Shown here: one piece after another, positions 50,534 through 63,769 of the stretch
How positions within the stretch are numbered: the stretch's first letter is position 1
How the letters are laid out: each line of letters opens with the position of its first letter
Source of the DNA: Octopus bimaculoides
Taxonomy: Eukaryota
Direction: 5' to 3'
NCBI RefSeq assembly: GCF_001194135.2
Contig: NC_068984.1
Span: forward strand, 116,553,867 to 116,617,866
DNA length: 64,000 nt
Position numbers and translations under genes: made by a program
The notes under the pieces: generated by a model
Database searches by the model: none
What the model was told of the DNA's origin: nothing
What the model saw: the letters and a program-made list of their open reading frames with translations, nothing else

Positions 50534-50638
50534 CTGGGGTACATGGAACATACACGTTACTTGATTGCAGTTCCCAGAAGATGCCACGGCCAGCATGACG
50601 TGATGCTTCACTTCCATGTGTGATAACTCGGTGCAAAG
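50534..50638 (-). CDS. ARM-TIR-SAM protein, exon ending the ARM region
   Basis: Acceptor ttctttttgcag, donor CAG|GTATGT, 105 nt, phase 1-1. Encodes (A)LHRVITHGSEASRHAGRGIFWELQSSNVYVPCTP, continuing the upstream AGCLE with an ARM-type GIFWEL motif. Confidence 0.85.
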
Positions 50639-51130
50639 CTGCAAAAAGAAGACACAATAAATAGGATGGAGAAGCATTTGAATGGAGAATTTTTCCCCCA
50701 GCAAAACATAGGTTGAGAAAGATAAATTACAGAAGTAAATATCAAAATAATAAATAAATTTAGGTTTAGTGATCATTATTTCCCATTATATCATTGCTCT
50801 AAGCATGAAATCGTTAAATGAATTCATTAAATTTTTATTGAGCTCTTTGCTAAAATACTGTGTACTAGAAAAGTATGTTCATTCTATTTGCAAGGTATTT
50901 GCTTCTTTTATAACTGATTCTCACTTCTGTGTGCAAGCTTCAATTCTTAAAGTGTTTTTTTCTTTTTTTTTTTTTACAGGCAAAGAAACTGAAATACAGT
51001 TCTCAATATTTTTGGTTCTTTCTCTTACTCTCTGGCATTAATTTCTATACTTTCCTAAGTTTTCAACGACACCCATCTTGTCTTTTCTTGCAGGAACAAT
51101 GCTTCAAAGTCTACATTGCGTAATATGTCT

Positions 51131-51193
<63 letters not shown>

Positions 51194-51684
51194 GTGTGTG
51201 TGTGTAAGTGTGTGTGTGTGTATATTTCTACTTCAAACGATTTGACTTCAAAGAATTTTACTTCAAAGGATTTACAAGAATTAAGGCACATCAGCATATC
51301 TGATGCCACCAATTGGCTACATAGAATCACACAGAGCAGACAGTGAAATAATCCATACTACTGTTGTTAGGTAATTCTCAATTCCAATTATTTACCAATG
51401 ATCTGATTCATTAGTGAATTTTTGGTGCTACATACATTATAATAAATAATAGATGAATGGAGTTTAAGTTTGCAATAATTATTTCACTAGAAATTTATTA
51501 ATGCTGTCACAACAGATTACATCATATTAACATAGCTTTCCAGCTCCTCAAGTGTTACATAANNNNNNNNNNTGTTGCTGTTTTTGTTGTGGAAGTGGTG
51601 AACGAAAACATCTGATCTGATTCTCATGAGCCTAAGAAAGAAGACAGCCTAAAAAAGAAAGAGTTCACACTTGGTTATTTGTCC

Positions 51685-52010
51685 AGCTGTGAAGGCACGT
51701 GGTTTAGTGGTTAGAGTATTCGGTCCACAATTGTAAGGTCATGAGTTCAATTCCTGGTGACACATTGTGTCATTGAGCAAGACACTTTATTTCATGTTGC
51801 ACCAGTCCACTCATCTGGTAAAAATGAGTAGTACCTGTATCTCAAAGGGGCCAGCCTTGTCACATTCTTGTGTCACGCTGAATCTCCCTGAGAACTATAT
51901 TAAGGGTACACGTGTCTGTGGAGTGCTCAACCAATTGCATGTTAATTTGACGAGTAGGCTGTTCCATTGATTGGTTCAATTGGAACTCTCATTGTCGTAA
52001 CTGGAGTGCC
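51685..52010 (+). mobile_element. SINE family O-related copy
   Basis: aaggcacgtggtttagtggttagagtattc...gagttcaattcctgg head; family O 3' half. Confidence 0.8.
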
Positions 52011-53119
52011 ATTTGACCAGCTAGAAATTATAGCCAAATGTCCTTCGCATCACACCCAACCATCTTAAATAATGGATACAACAGATGATATATCATACAT
52101 AATCCTAGAAGGACTCACATTATATTAGAAATGAATGACATACAACTATCACACTATCCAAACAAGGAGACACAAACTTTTATTAGTATATATGTGTCTA
52201 TGACAAGCTTCTTTCAGTTTCCATTTATGAAACCCACTCACAAAGCTCTGGTTGGCTTGCTCAAGGTGCCAAACAGTGGGATCGAGCCCAATATCATGTA
52301 GTTTGGAAGAAAACTTTTTATCCACACAGCCATGTCTACACCTATATATAAAACCATATATAAAAAAAAAAAACATAAAAAAACATAATCCGTTAAACAG
52401 TGTTTCTCAACATTTTGTGGTTCAGCAGCCTTTTGCCTGAACAATGTTTTATAAATGTCTGTTTTCTAAGTTTACAAGAAAGAAAAAAAAAAGAAAAAAA
52501 AAGAAAAAAAACAAAGCAAAATAAAAAAAATACTGATTATTTTAATCCATCAAAAACTAATTTTGCACAGCACTTTATTGATTTATTATCCATATTTTCT
52601 TCTTGTACTATTCCATCTAGCATATGCCTCTGTTTAGATATTTGCATAGAATAGTGCACCATGTTGATTTTTACCCAGTGTTAATTTTTTTTTACTTTAT
52701 GGCAATTACTGAAGAAGACAAGGACTTGTATTGTGAAATTATATTTAGATTGTATTATTAATGCATTCTCGAGCAAAGAGCAACGTTACAATTTAAATTT
52801 TAAATAAAATACTCTTGCTTTTACTACTAGCATCAATGAATGAAACACATTATTAGTATTTGGCTAACTTTATGAAAAAGACCCCCACCAAAAAAAATCT
52901 ATCATGTTCAATGAATTATTATATTCCAAAAACAATATTTAATAAATTTAATTATAGAAAACTAACTCACGCTTGATGAGATTTTTTAAATTTAAAAATA
53001 GGTTCAATATTCAGCAAAAAGATCCTGAAGTCTTTTATTTTTTTACATGTCTGTAATCAACTCCATTGTTTAGCAAACAGTTCTACTACCGTGTTGAACG
53101 CTATATCAACAAGATATAC

Positions 53120-53540
53120 TCTTTACTCTCTTTTACTTGTTTCAGTCAATTGACTGTGGCCATGCTGGAGCAACACCTTTAGTCGAGAAAATCGACCCCA
53201 GGACTTATTCTTTGTAAGCCTAGTACTTATTCTATCGGTCTCTTTTTGCCGAACCGCTAAGTTACGGGGACGTAAACACACCAGCATCAGTTGTCAAGCA
53301 ATGGTGGGGGGACAAACACAGACACACATACACACATACATACATACATACATATATATATACATATATATATACGATGGGCTTCTTTCAGTTTCCGTCT
53401 ACCAAATCCACTCACAAGGCTTTGGTCAGCCTGAGGCTATAGTAGAAGACACTTGCCTAAGGTGTCACGCAGTGGGACTGAACCCGGAACCATGTGGTTG
53501 GTAAGCAAGCTACTTACCACACAGCCACTCCTGTGCCTAT
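53120..53540 (-). mobile_element. SINE family A (near-consensus)
   Basis: Full tail, internal (TA/CA)n and tRNA-like head. Confidence 0.92.
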
Positions 53541-53684
53541 ATATAAGGAAGAAACCACTAAAACCAGCAATATTACTTTCTTCCAAAGACGGGGGTATTT
53601 ATTTTGTTGCTCAAATCATAGTTCTTCATAACAATCTGGTCAAAATAGCAACTGGAGTATTGAAGTAATTTTGGAAGTTCAGAT

Positions 53685-53835
53685 ATGGCTGTGAGGTTAA
53701 GAAGTTTGCTTCCCAACCATGTGGTTTTGGGTTCAATCTAGCTGTATGGCACCTTGAGCAAGTGTCTTCTACTATAACCCTAGTTGACCAAAGCACTATG
53801 TATGGATTCGGTAACTAGAAACTGAAAGAAGCCTA
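53685..53835 (+). mobile_element. SINE family A head, opposite orientation to 53120-53540
   Basis: tggctgtgaggttaagaagtttgcttcccaaccatgtgg...gcaccttgagcaagtgtcttctactata. Confidence 0.85.
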
Positions 53836-53909
53836 CCATACACCTATCTACTCACACACAAACACACACATATTTACATATGTATGTATGCATGCATGTA
53901 TGTATGTAT

Positions 53910-54560
53910 GTCAGCTGGAGGACTTAAATGACACGCAAAAGTACATGGAGCCCAATTACAACAACAGCCAGCTATTGCCAGTAAAGGTTTTGGATGCCAA
54001 CTCTGTGCAAGACATTGTAGATCTTTGGCTGGGCTAAAAAGTCACATTCGATCAGAGCACCGTTAAGTTAAGCTTTGTGCAATGGCCATACTTGATAACG
54101 AGGGGGAAGCCATCATCATGTATGTATGTATGTATGTATGTATGTATGTATGTATGTATGTATGCCATTATTCAGTTTTATGTCAAGAATTCTTGCCAAT
54201 AGAGAAAGAAACAGCTTCCAAACTAGACTCAAGGCTCCTTCATTGGAATTTCAATATCAACAGAGTATTTTTGTTTGTATGTATGCATGTATGTACGTAT
54301 GTATGTATGTATGTATACAAGCAGATTTGTATGTTTCATTTTATGTATGTATTCTCATGGATATAGTTGCTTGTCTAGACATGCTTGTATGTCTGTATGC
54401 CTGTATGTGTGTATTTATTTATGTATGTATGTATGTATGCCTAGTATGTGAGAAAGTTTGCAAGTCGATTTCAGGTCTGAAAAAACATAACAGTACACAA
54501 AGATCATATCCCACAAAGTGATCCCAATCAATCCAGCGAGTGTTACACCTTTCATCTGTC
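53910..54560 (+). mobile_element. Zinc-finger-encoding RTE-like 3' fragments
   Basis: AGGLK*HAKVH...GCQLCARHCRSLAGLKSHIRSEH* followed by gaagccatcatc(ATGT)n tail. CLVCEKVCKSISGLKKH at about 54437. Confidence 0.65.
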
Positions 54561-55187
54561 ACCTATATTTATAATCATGCAGATCTGCAACTGGACAGAC
54601 TGACCATCTGAAAGGTCATGGACAGGAAGTTAGAAATGCCATTGACCACAAAGAAGTACAGAGAGACAGCAATTATTTGTGTATGTGTATGTGTGTATGT
54701 GTGTGTGTGCACACATGCATACACAGTAGTTGTAAATGAGCATCACAATTAAACAAACAGTATCTTTTGTTTACAATCTTCCATGGAAACATATCCAAAC
54801 ATAGGAATATATTTCATCTTAGGATCTAAAAGAAGCAAACTGTGGACATTGGAGATTGGCATCTCATCAGTCACATCTCTACACACAGATTGCATAACAT
54901 CTTTCTGAAATTCTAATCTCAGCAAAGATTTTGTTTTTTATATATATATATATGTATGTTTAAAATATAAGTAATAGGCTCAGACTTGACTGTGTGGTAA
55001 AAAGTTTGCTATCCCAACTACATGGTTTTGAGTTCAGTCCCATTGTGTACCAACTTGGGCTAGTGTCTCCGACTGTTGCCCCAGGCTGACCAAAGCTTTG
55101 TGAGAGAATTTCATAGACAGAAACTGAAAAACTGAAAGTTTATTGAAAGTGTGTGTATGTATGTATGTATATATATATATGTATGTT

Positions 55188-55232
<45 letters not shown>

Positions 55233-55249
55233 GTTTTGCAAGATTCTTG

Positions 55250-55560
55250 ATGTGAAATTGTGCGTTGAAACAGATATTGTTGATTTGGGGATGGTCATGT
55301 TGCCAGTTTAGCCAATAAAACACACGCACTATATATTTGGTGTTAATTTGCTTCAGCTTTATTTTATTTTTTTTACATTAATCGTATTTCGGCCAGAGTT
55401 CTTTCATCACACTTCTGTGACCTCATCAGTGGTCCTTTGCTTTCTTCTTTCTTATTTGTGTGTCTTTCTTTACTAACGATTTTGTCAAATTAACACCAAA
55501 TATATAGTGCGTGTGTTTTATTGGCTAAACTGGCAACATGACCCTCAACAAATACAACAA
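55250..55560 (-). mobile_element. Penelope-like terminal repeat with inverted tail
   Basis: 58-bp internal inverted repeat at 55293-55350 and 55486-55543. CTGATGA...GAAA motif on the minus strand. Second copy at 56990-57215. Confidence 0.55.
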
Positions 55561-55584
55561 TATATATATATATACACACACATA

Positions 55585-56550
55585 TATATATTGAGAAAAA
55601 GGAAGCAGTTAGAATTTTGGATAATCCTTTATTAGCGCTTTTGTTCCTTTATGAACTACTCAAAACAAAATCAAAATCAAAATGGTAAGAACAGAACGTT
55701 TTGTTGTTCATTTATATGATTTGGAAGATTTTTTTGTTTTGTTTAGACAAGGAAAATATTGTTTTTGTTTTTTTTAGGGGGGGGGACACAGAAAGAAAAG
55801 CAAAGTGGAGGGCAGGGGAATAAGTAGAGAGAGAGAGGTTTCAGGACAATCAAGAAAGAGGAAAAAAATATAATAATAAAGGATGGGGAAAAGATAGACA
55901 GATGGATAGAAAGATAGATAGATAGATAGATAGATAAATAGACAGACAAACAGACAGACAGACAGACATACGTACATACATACATACATATATACATACA
56001 GATCGATAGACAGACAGACAGACAGACAGATAGATAGATAGACAGATGGGTAGAAAGATAGGTAGATAGTTAGATAGATAGATAGACAGAGAGCCCTCAT
56101 GAGAAAATGTGTTTATTTACAAATATGTTGATGGGTATACAATGGAAAAAGAAAGAAGGAAAAAAAAATTTGAAATGAAGTTTCAATGAATTGACCACAC
56201 CAAATTGAAAGGAAAACCTCTCTCTCTCTCTCGTTCTCCCTGTCTATCTATCCTTTTCTCATTCTTTATTATTTTTTCTTCTCTTTCTTGATTGTCCTGA
56301 AACCTCTCTCTCTATCCATTCACCCCACCACCACTTTGCGTTTCTTTCTGTCTCCTTTTTTCCAAAAAAAAAACAAAAACAATATTCTCCTCTTCCGAAC
56401 AAAAACAATCCGATTCGTATAAACGAACAATGAAATGTTCTGTTTTCACAATTTTGATTTTGATTTTGTCTCAATGAGTTTGTAAATGAACAAAAGCGCT
56501 AATAAAGGATTATCCAAAATTTGACTGCTTCCTTTTTCTCAATATACAAT
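55585..56550. repeat. Diverged inverted repeat (about 320-bp arms)
   Basis: 55585-55915 pairs with 56240-56550 (e.g. ttttggataatcctttattagcgcttttgttc / gaacaaaagcgctaataaaggattatccaaaa). Confidence 0.85.
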
Positions 56551-56989
56551 CTCTGTACACCACTTGAAACACACACACACACACACACANNNNNNNNNNN
56601 NNNNNNNNNNNNNNNNNNNNNNNNNNNNNNNNNNNNNNNNNNNNNNNNNNNNNNNNNNNNNNNNNNNNNNNNNNNNNNNNNNNNNNNNNNNNNNNNNNNN
56701 NNNNNNNNNNNNNNNNNNNNNNNNNNNNNNNNNNNNNNNNNNNNNNNNNNNNNNNNNNNNNNNNNNNNNNNNNNNNNNNNNNNNNNNNNNNNNNNNNNNN
56801 NNNNNNNNNNNNNNNNNNNNNNNNNNNNNNNNNNNNNNNNNNNNNNNNNNNNNNNNNNNNNNNNNNNNNNNNNNNNNNNNNNNNNNNNNNNNNNNNNNNN
56901 NNNNNNNNNNNNNNNNNNNNNNNNNNNNNNNNNNNNNNNNNNNAATTTTATTTTCTGCCAAAATATTTTTGTCACTTTGAAACCCGCAC

Positions 56990-57215
56990 CCTGTTCACTG
57001 ACAAAACTTTGTGCTGATTGTTAGTAAGGAAAGACACACAAATAAGAAAGAAGAAATCAAAGGACCACTGATGAGGTCACAGAATTGTAACAAAAGAACT
57101 CTGGCCGAAATACGATTAATGTAAAATAAAGCTGAAGCAAATCAACACCAAATATATAGTGCGTGTGTTTTTATTGGCTAAACTGGCAACATGACCATCC
57201 CCAAATACAACAATA
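56990..57215 (+). mobile_element. Second copy of the Penelope-like terminal repeat
   Basis: Reverse complement of about 55280-55480, including ggaccaCTGATGAggtc...ggccGAAAtacg. Confidence 0.55.
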
Positions 57216-58332
57216 TATATATAATATATGTGTATTTGTGGTGTCTGTGTTTGTCCCCACCGCCATCACTTGACAACTGATGTTGGTGTGTTTATGTCCC
57301 CATAATTTAGTGGTTTGGCAAAATAGACTGATAGAATAAGTACTAGGCTTACAAAGAATAAGTCCTAGGGTTGATTTGTTCGACTAAAGGCAGTGCTCCA
57401 GCATGGCCACAGTCAAATGACTGAAACAAATAAAAATATATATATATATATATACACACACCAATGTGTGTTTCTTTGTGTCTCTGTTTGTCTCCCACCA
57501 CTGCTTTAAGACCAGAGTTGGTTTATTTACATCCTCATAATCTAGCAGTTCAGCAAAAAGACCAATAGAACAAGTACTGGGGTTGATTCATTTAGCTAAA
57601 AATCCTTCAAGGCGGTGCCCCAACATGGCTGTAGTCTATTGACTGAAGCAAGTAAAAGATAAAATGATATCATTGGAAATTGTGTCACGAAGAAATAAAA
57701 TCTAACACCAGCCTCTGACAGGATTTGAACTCAAAATATAAAGGTTTGAAACAAGATAGAGTAAATTATTGAACCTAATGTTATACTACCTTGGCAACAA
57801 CATCTCTTTCAAACACATATTGATTAGTAATTGACATATTTAGCAATCCGTATAAAATCTATTGTTCTATTCAAAATATATATGTATATTGATTTCTTTT
57901 GATTAGGCATAAATCCAATTTCTGAAGGTGAGACTCACATAGTCAACTAAAATGACCTCAATGAATTACTGGTATTTTTTTTATGAATTCAAGGAGAGTA
58001 AATGGCGAAGTTAAACTTGGCAATGTTTTGATTCCGTTTTGGAGAAAGAATAAATAAATTATTATTTTCTTGTTCTTTTATTTGTTTCAGTCACTGGACT
58101 GTGGCCATGTTGGAGCACCAGCTTGAAGGGTTTTGTTCATTTAAATTAACTCCAAACTATTTTGTTTTACAGTCTGGTCTCTTTCAGTTTCACTTCCTGA
58201 ACTGCTAAGTTACAGGGATGTAAACAAACCAAAGCAGTTGTTAAGTGGGGTGGTGCTAAAAAATAAAATGGGCACGTGCACATGCACACATACTTGTCCA
58301 TTTATCTTTCTCTATCTATTCATCTATCTGCC

Positions 58333-58375
<43 letters not shown>

Positions 58376-58376
<1 letters not shown>

Positions 58377-59210
58377 TGGGTGAGATGGGTAAATTGTTGC
58401 AATTTTATATTTTTAATTTCATGAACGGGCATTCCTTGTTTTTCATTTTGTTGACTACACAGTATAGTTGGGTCAGCTGGGCAACCTCTATGAGGAAAAC
58501 ATCACTGTGACGTTTTGATTCACTCTGCCAGAAATTTGGAAACGACATGCTGTACTACTTGGTATTCACGCCAGAAGCTCCAATACAAACATTTCGAAGT
58601 CCTTCAGGTGTCAATTTGAGGACAGTGCAATCTGAAGATGTGTACCAAGAGTGATAAAAATCAAACATCCAGTCGACACCATGGTGTTTGGAGTGATCAC
58701 TAGTGATAACGACATTGTGCCTCCATTCATCTTCTCACACAGCCTCAGACTCAACACGGAGGCCTAAATCAAGAGCCTGGAGGAGGTAGTGCTGTCTGGC
58801 TCAATAGAGTGGCTGCTGGAAGAACCTATGTCTGGCAACAGGACTCTGCACCAGGCCACACAAGCAAGAGAACCCACAGACAGCTGTCAGACAATTTCTG
58901 TGACCACATCACCCCTAACATCTGGCCAACTAACTCTCCAGACTGCAATCCCCTTGATTATTATGTGTGGGACACAGCTGAGTGAGAGACCAAAAGCTCT
59001 TATAACACCAAAGATAAACTGAAGGTAAGGATTATGGCAGCATTCGCCAGATTAAACAAGGAGCCTGTCCAGAAGAGTTGCAGGAGATTTTGAGGTCATC
59101 TGGAGGCCATGGTTGAAGCCAATGGCGATTTTATTGGATAAATTTACTTTGTAGTATTTCAAGATATTTTTATATAATTTTGGTAAATATACCTGTTAAA
59201 ATGAAATGTC
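58376..59210 (+). mobile_element. Non-autonomous maT-like element (third copy)
   Basis: Colinear with 37728-38602, more mutated. Confidence 0.88.
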
Positions 59211-59329
59211 CTAACAACCCCTCACCTCCACCTCCCACACTCCTTTTGCAATCTTGCACACTTATCAACCAACCCACCTTATCCTCCTCTCTCTCTCTCT
59301 CTCTCTCCTACTGAGATGCTAAAACTGAC

Positions 59330-59831
59330 CTCACCTGTGCTTGTGTCACGTAAAAAGCACTCAGTCTACTCTGCTGGGTGGTTGGTGCTAGGAAGGGTAT
59401 CCAGCCATAAAAGCCCTGCTAAAACAGACATGGAGTCTGGTGTAGGCTCCTACTTGGCCGGCTCCTGTCCAACTGTCCAACCCATGCCAGCATGGAAGGC
59501 AGATGTTAAACAACGATGATAACGATGATGATGATGATGATGATGATGCCTATTTCTGTCCCTCCACTCATAATTTGAACTTACCTCAAGAAAAATGGCA
59601 CCTTCCTCAATACTACCCCCCCACCCCGCCACCTTCAGTTGAGAAGTGGGTATCTTGGAAATTATCTGGTGACTTCACTGCTGCTAGAGTCACGTAAAAG
59701 GCAGCCAGCTGTAGAAACCAAGCCAAAGCAGACAGCAGAGCTTGGCACAGTCTTCTGACTGGTCAGCTCATATCAATCCATTCAACATCTGCCAGCTTGG
59801 AAAACGGATGTTAATTGATGATGATGATGGC

Positions 59832-59865
<34 letters not shown>
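59330..59865 (+). mobile_element. Two family C retroposon 3' ends with (GAT)n tails
   Basis: ggaagggtatccagcc...ccaacccatgccagcatggaagg...(gat)n at 59330-59550 and again at 59690-59865. Confidence 0.75.
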
Positions 59866-59867
<2 letters not shown>

Positions 59868-59928
59868 ATACATGTGTGCGTATGTGTGTGTATGTATGTG
59901 TATATGTGTGTGTGTGTATGTATATGTA

Positions 59929-59978
<50 letters not shown>

Positions 59979-59982
59979 TATG

Positions 59983-60076
<94 letters not shown>

Positions 60077-60389
60077 AATATTGATATATTGATATATATA
60101 TATATGCAGGTAGTAAAGACAACTAACAAAGTGTATTCTGATCAAAATAAACGAAATGGAGATTGAAAAACAAGGTACCTTTTGACAAATCATCTGATGA
60201 GACACATCTGCACCAATGATGCATCACAACTGTTTGTGCAGCATCCCACCAGTGAAGCACTGATGCACAACGGGTCAAAATGATTGCAGTGAATAAATAA
60301 TCTCATGAATTCCATTTTGTTTCTCTTTCTGTCATATGTTATGTGTGTGTGTGTGTGTGTGTGTGTGCACATGCATGTATGTGAGTAGC

Positions 60390-61055
60390 CTTTCTTTTAC
60401 TTGTTTCACTCATTTGACTGTGGCCATGCTGGAGCACCACCTTAAAGGGTTTTCATTCAAAAGAAATTGACCCAAGAACTTATTCTTTGTAAGCCTAGTA
60501 TTTATTCTATAAGTCTCATTTGCTGAACTACTAAGTTACAGGGATATAGACACCCCAACATTAGTTGCCAAGCAATGGCGAGGGGACAAACACAGACACA
60601 AAGACACACACACACACACAAATATATACAGATGTATATATGGTGGGCTTCTTTCAGTTTCTTATTTCTTTATTGCCCACAAGGGGCTAAACATAGAGGG
60701 GACAAACAAGGACAGACAAAGGGATTAAGTCGATTACATTGACTCCAGTGCATAACTGGTATTTAATTTATCGACTCCGAAAGGATAAAAGGCAAGTCGA
60801 CCTTGGTGGAATTTGAACTCAGATCGTAACAGCAGATGAAATACAGCAAAGCATTTCGCCTGGCGTGCTAACGTTTCTGCCAGTTGGCCGCCTGGGCTTC
60901 TTTCAGTTTCTGTCTACCAAATCCACTCACAAGGCTTTGGTCACCCAAAGCTATAGTAGAAGACACTTGCCTAAGGTGCCACACAGTGGGACTGAACCCA
61001 GAACCATGTGGTTCAGACGCAAGCTTCTTACCATACAGCCACACCTGTGCCTATA
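60390..61055 (-). mobile_element. SINE family A with nested SINE family B (60662-60893)
   Basis: 17-bp TSD gggcttctttcagtttc at 60645-60661 and 60894-60910. Confidence 0.9.
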
Positions 61056-62052
61056 TATATGTGCGTGTGTGTGTGTATGTGTGCATGTACTTTGATGTAG
61101 TATACTTTACCAGATATTGTCAACTCAATATGAAGATCAACATTCTACTCTTTTACATGTGTTGCATTATAACAGTGATATCCAAGCAGAGATAAGCTAG
61201 ATAAGTGGTTCCTAAGCTCTTTCGGGCTGCTGCCTCCTTGGCACCCACCCCACCGGCATGCTAACGATTCCGCCAGCTCACTGCCTTTAATTACACCTAC
61301 AGTTTCTGTCAACCAAATATACTCACAGGACATTGGTCAACCTAGAACCACAGTAGAAGACACTTGCTCAAGGTGCTGCACAATGGGACTGAACCCATAG
61401 TGATGTGGTCATAAAGTGAACTTCTTAACCATACAGCCATACCTACATCTATTGTTCTATAGGAAATTTAGTTAAAAATTCTACAACTTTTTGCTAATTC
61501 ACAACTGGTCACATTTAATAGTAAACAATTCTTTTGTTGCTAATTTCGAAAAAAAATCTTTTTATATAAAACTGATTCTGAAAATCTAAATGTGTTTTGT
61601 ATCTGATGCTTCTTTTCAAATATTGAATTACCTTAAGTGTTACAAATCGAGTAATATTCCGTTATCATCAAAGAACTTTATTATCGCAATACAAAAGGAG
61701 TATTTGAATTCTTATTAAGCCAGTATCATAAGCACTGAGGCAGAACTCATCTGTGTGTCAACATTACATTTGCTCAAGAAACCACCCCCGCTACCGCTAC
61801 CGTCACCACCACCGGTACTGCCGCCACCACCACCACCAACAACAACAAAAACAACCCCAACAACAACACAACCACCATCATCACCGTTATTGTTTTTATT
61901 GTTCTACTTTTCCAAGCTGGCAATGGACCAAAGGAATTCATTGAGGCAGATTTTCTACAGCTGGAGGCCTTTCTTTGCAGCCAACTATCACTTCTTTCCA
62001 AGCGGTGACATGTTTTCATTAGAAAATTGGAAATAAATGACACTGCCTATAA

Positions 62053-62333
62053 CAGGGGTTTTCAAACTTTTTGACTTGCGGACCCCTTTATATTTCAGGC
62101 TTTACCTTAGGGGGTCCCCCTTATAAACGCTTATGAAATTTATACATAAATATTTGCTTAAAATAACATATAATTTTACATTTGTTTATTTAACAGTATT
62201 TAACAAGTAGGTTTATTGTCAATTAAAAGATTTTGATTAAAAAACATATATAAAATCAAATTGCCCATAAAAAGTATTTGCTGTCCACGGACCCCCTGTT
62301 TTGTCCTTGCGGATCACAGTTTGAAAACCCCTG
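62053..62333. mobile_element. hAT-like MITE
   Basis: TIR CAGGGGTTTTCAAAC / GTTTGAAAACCCCTG, flanked by direct repeat cctataa (7 bp; 8 if the terminal G is shared). Confidence 0.8.
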
Positions 62334-62406
62334 CCTATAAGGAAGGCAACGCTATAAGTATTTTATTGAAACAAGAAAAAAATGTAATTCTAAAAACTGA
62401 CTCTGT

Positions 62407-62517
<111 letters not shown>

Positions 62518-63019
62518 GAAGGCAATATGGAAGGAACAACTTTTAACAAACATAGTGAAAGAGAGAGAGAGAAAGAGATGTGCAGGTGTTGCAGTGTAGT
62601 GGTATGGGATGGTGGGGGAAGGTAGATGTATAGGTGTAATTGTATTGTGAGAGGAAGACATAGAACTGGGGATATGGCTGAAGGTGTGAATGTGAGCTAA
62701 AAAGGGAGACAAGAAAAATGTGACATTTTCTGATAAAACATTGGTGAAAAAAATAATAAACAACTTCAAGATGTCCTGCTATATTTTAGATAAATGTTTT
62801 ATATATACACATACATTAACATAGGTCATTCAATTTTTCTCAGCTGATCAATGGGCTGATTGAGTAAACCTATCAATAATGAACCTATAATGACTACTGG
62901 AAACAGCTGTAAGCCAAATTTACTACAATGAAATAAAATATGTAATGAACGTTATTTATGCCTTGTGTCTCATACATTTATATATTATATATATATACAT
63001 ATGTATATGTATATATGTA

Positions 63020-63402
63020 TAACTTGGCACTCTGTTGGTTACGATGACGAGGGTTTCTGTTGATCCGATCAACAGAAGAGCTTGATCATGAAATTAACGT
63101 GTAAGTGGTTGAGCACTCCACAGACGCGTGTACCCTTAACGTAGCTCTCGGGGAAATTCAGCATGACACAGTGCGTGACAAGGCTGCCCCTTTGAAATAC
63201 AGGTACAACACAAACAGGAACAAAGAGTGGGAGAAAGTTGTGGTGGAAGAGTACAGCAGGGTTTGCCACCATCCCCTGCCGGAGCCTCGTGGAGTTTTAG
63301 GTGTTTTCGCTCAATAAACACCCACAACAACCGGTCTGGGAATTGGAACCACAATTCCACAACCGTGAGTCCTCTGCCCTAACCACTGGGCCATTGTGCC
63401 TC
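63020..63402 (-). mobile_element. SINE family O (full length)
   Basis: Reverse complement of 3567-3949; head ggaggcacaatggcccagtggttaggg. Confidence 0.9.
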
Positions 63403-63404
63403 CA

Positions 63405-63641
63405 CACACACACATACACATATACATACACACATATTCATACATACCTTCAAGACATCCTGCTTCCTTTTGAATTAATGCTTTGTTCTTGCCATTGAAA
63501 GAAAGTGCCCAAAGTCCATTTATAACTAAAAGAATTTCCTCTTCAGAAAGGGGATTGTTTATATATAGATTTTCTTCTTGTAAAAGACGAACATAAAATG
63601 TTAAGATACCATTCTGAACCAGTTGCACTTTGTTGACATCA
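63405..63641 (-). other. Identical 237-bp copy of the ARM exon 3' part and donor (probable assembly duplication)
   Basis: Matches 63727-63963 at offset 322 and ends at the N-gap 63642-63679. Confidence 0.75.
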
Positions 63642-63679
63642 NNNNNNNNNNNNNNNNNNNNNNNNNNNNNNNNNNNNNN

Positions 63680-63736
<57 letters not shown>

Positions 63737-63769
63737 TACACATATACATACACACATATTCATACATAC

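Noticed and set aside
50561-50638. Shorter version of the exon using donor A|GTAACG at 50560
   Set aside because: Also phase 1, but CAG|GTATGT at 50533 is a much better donor. Possible only as a minor isoform.
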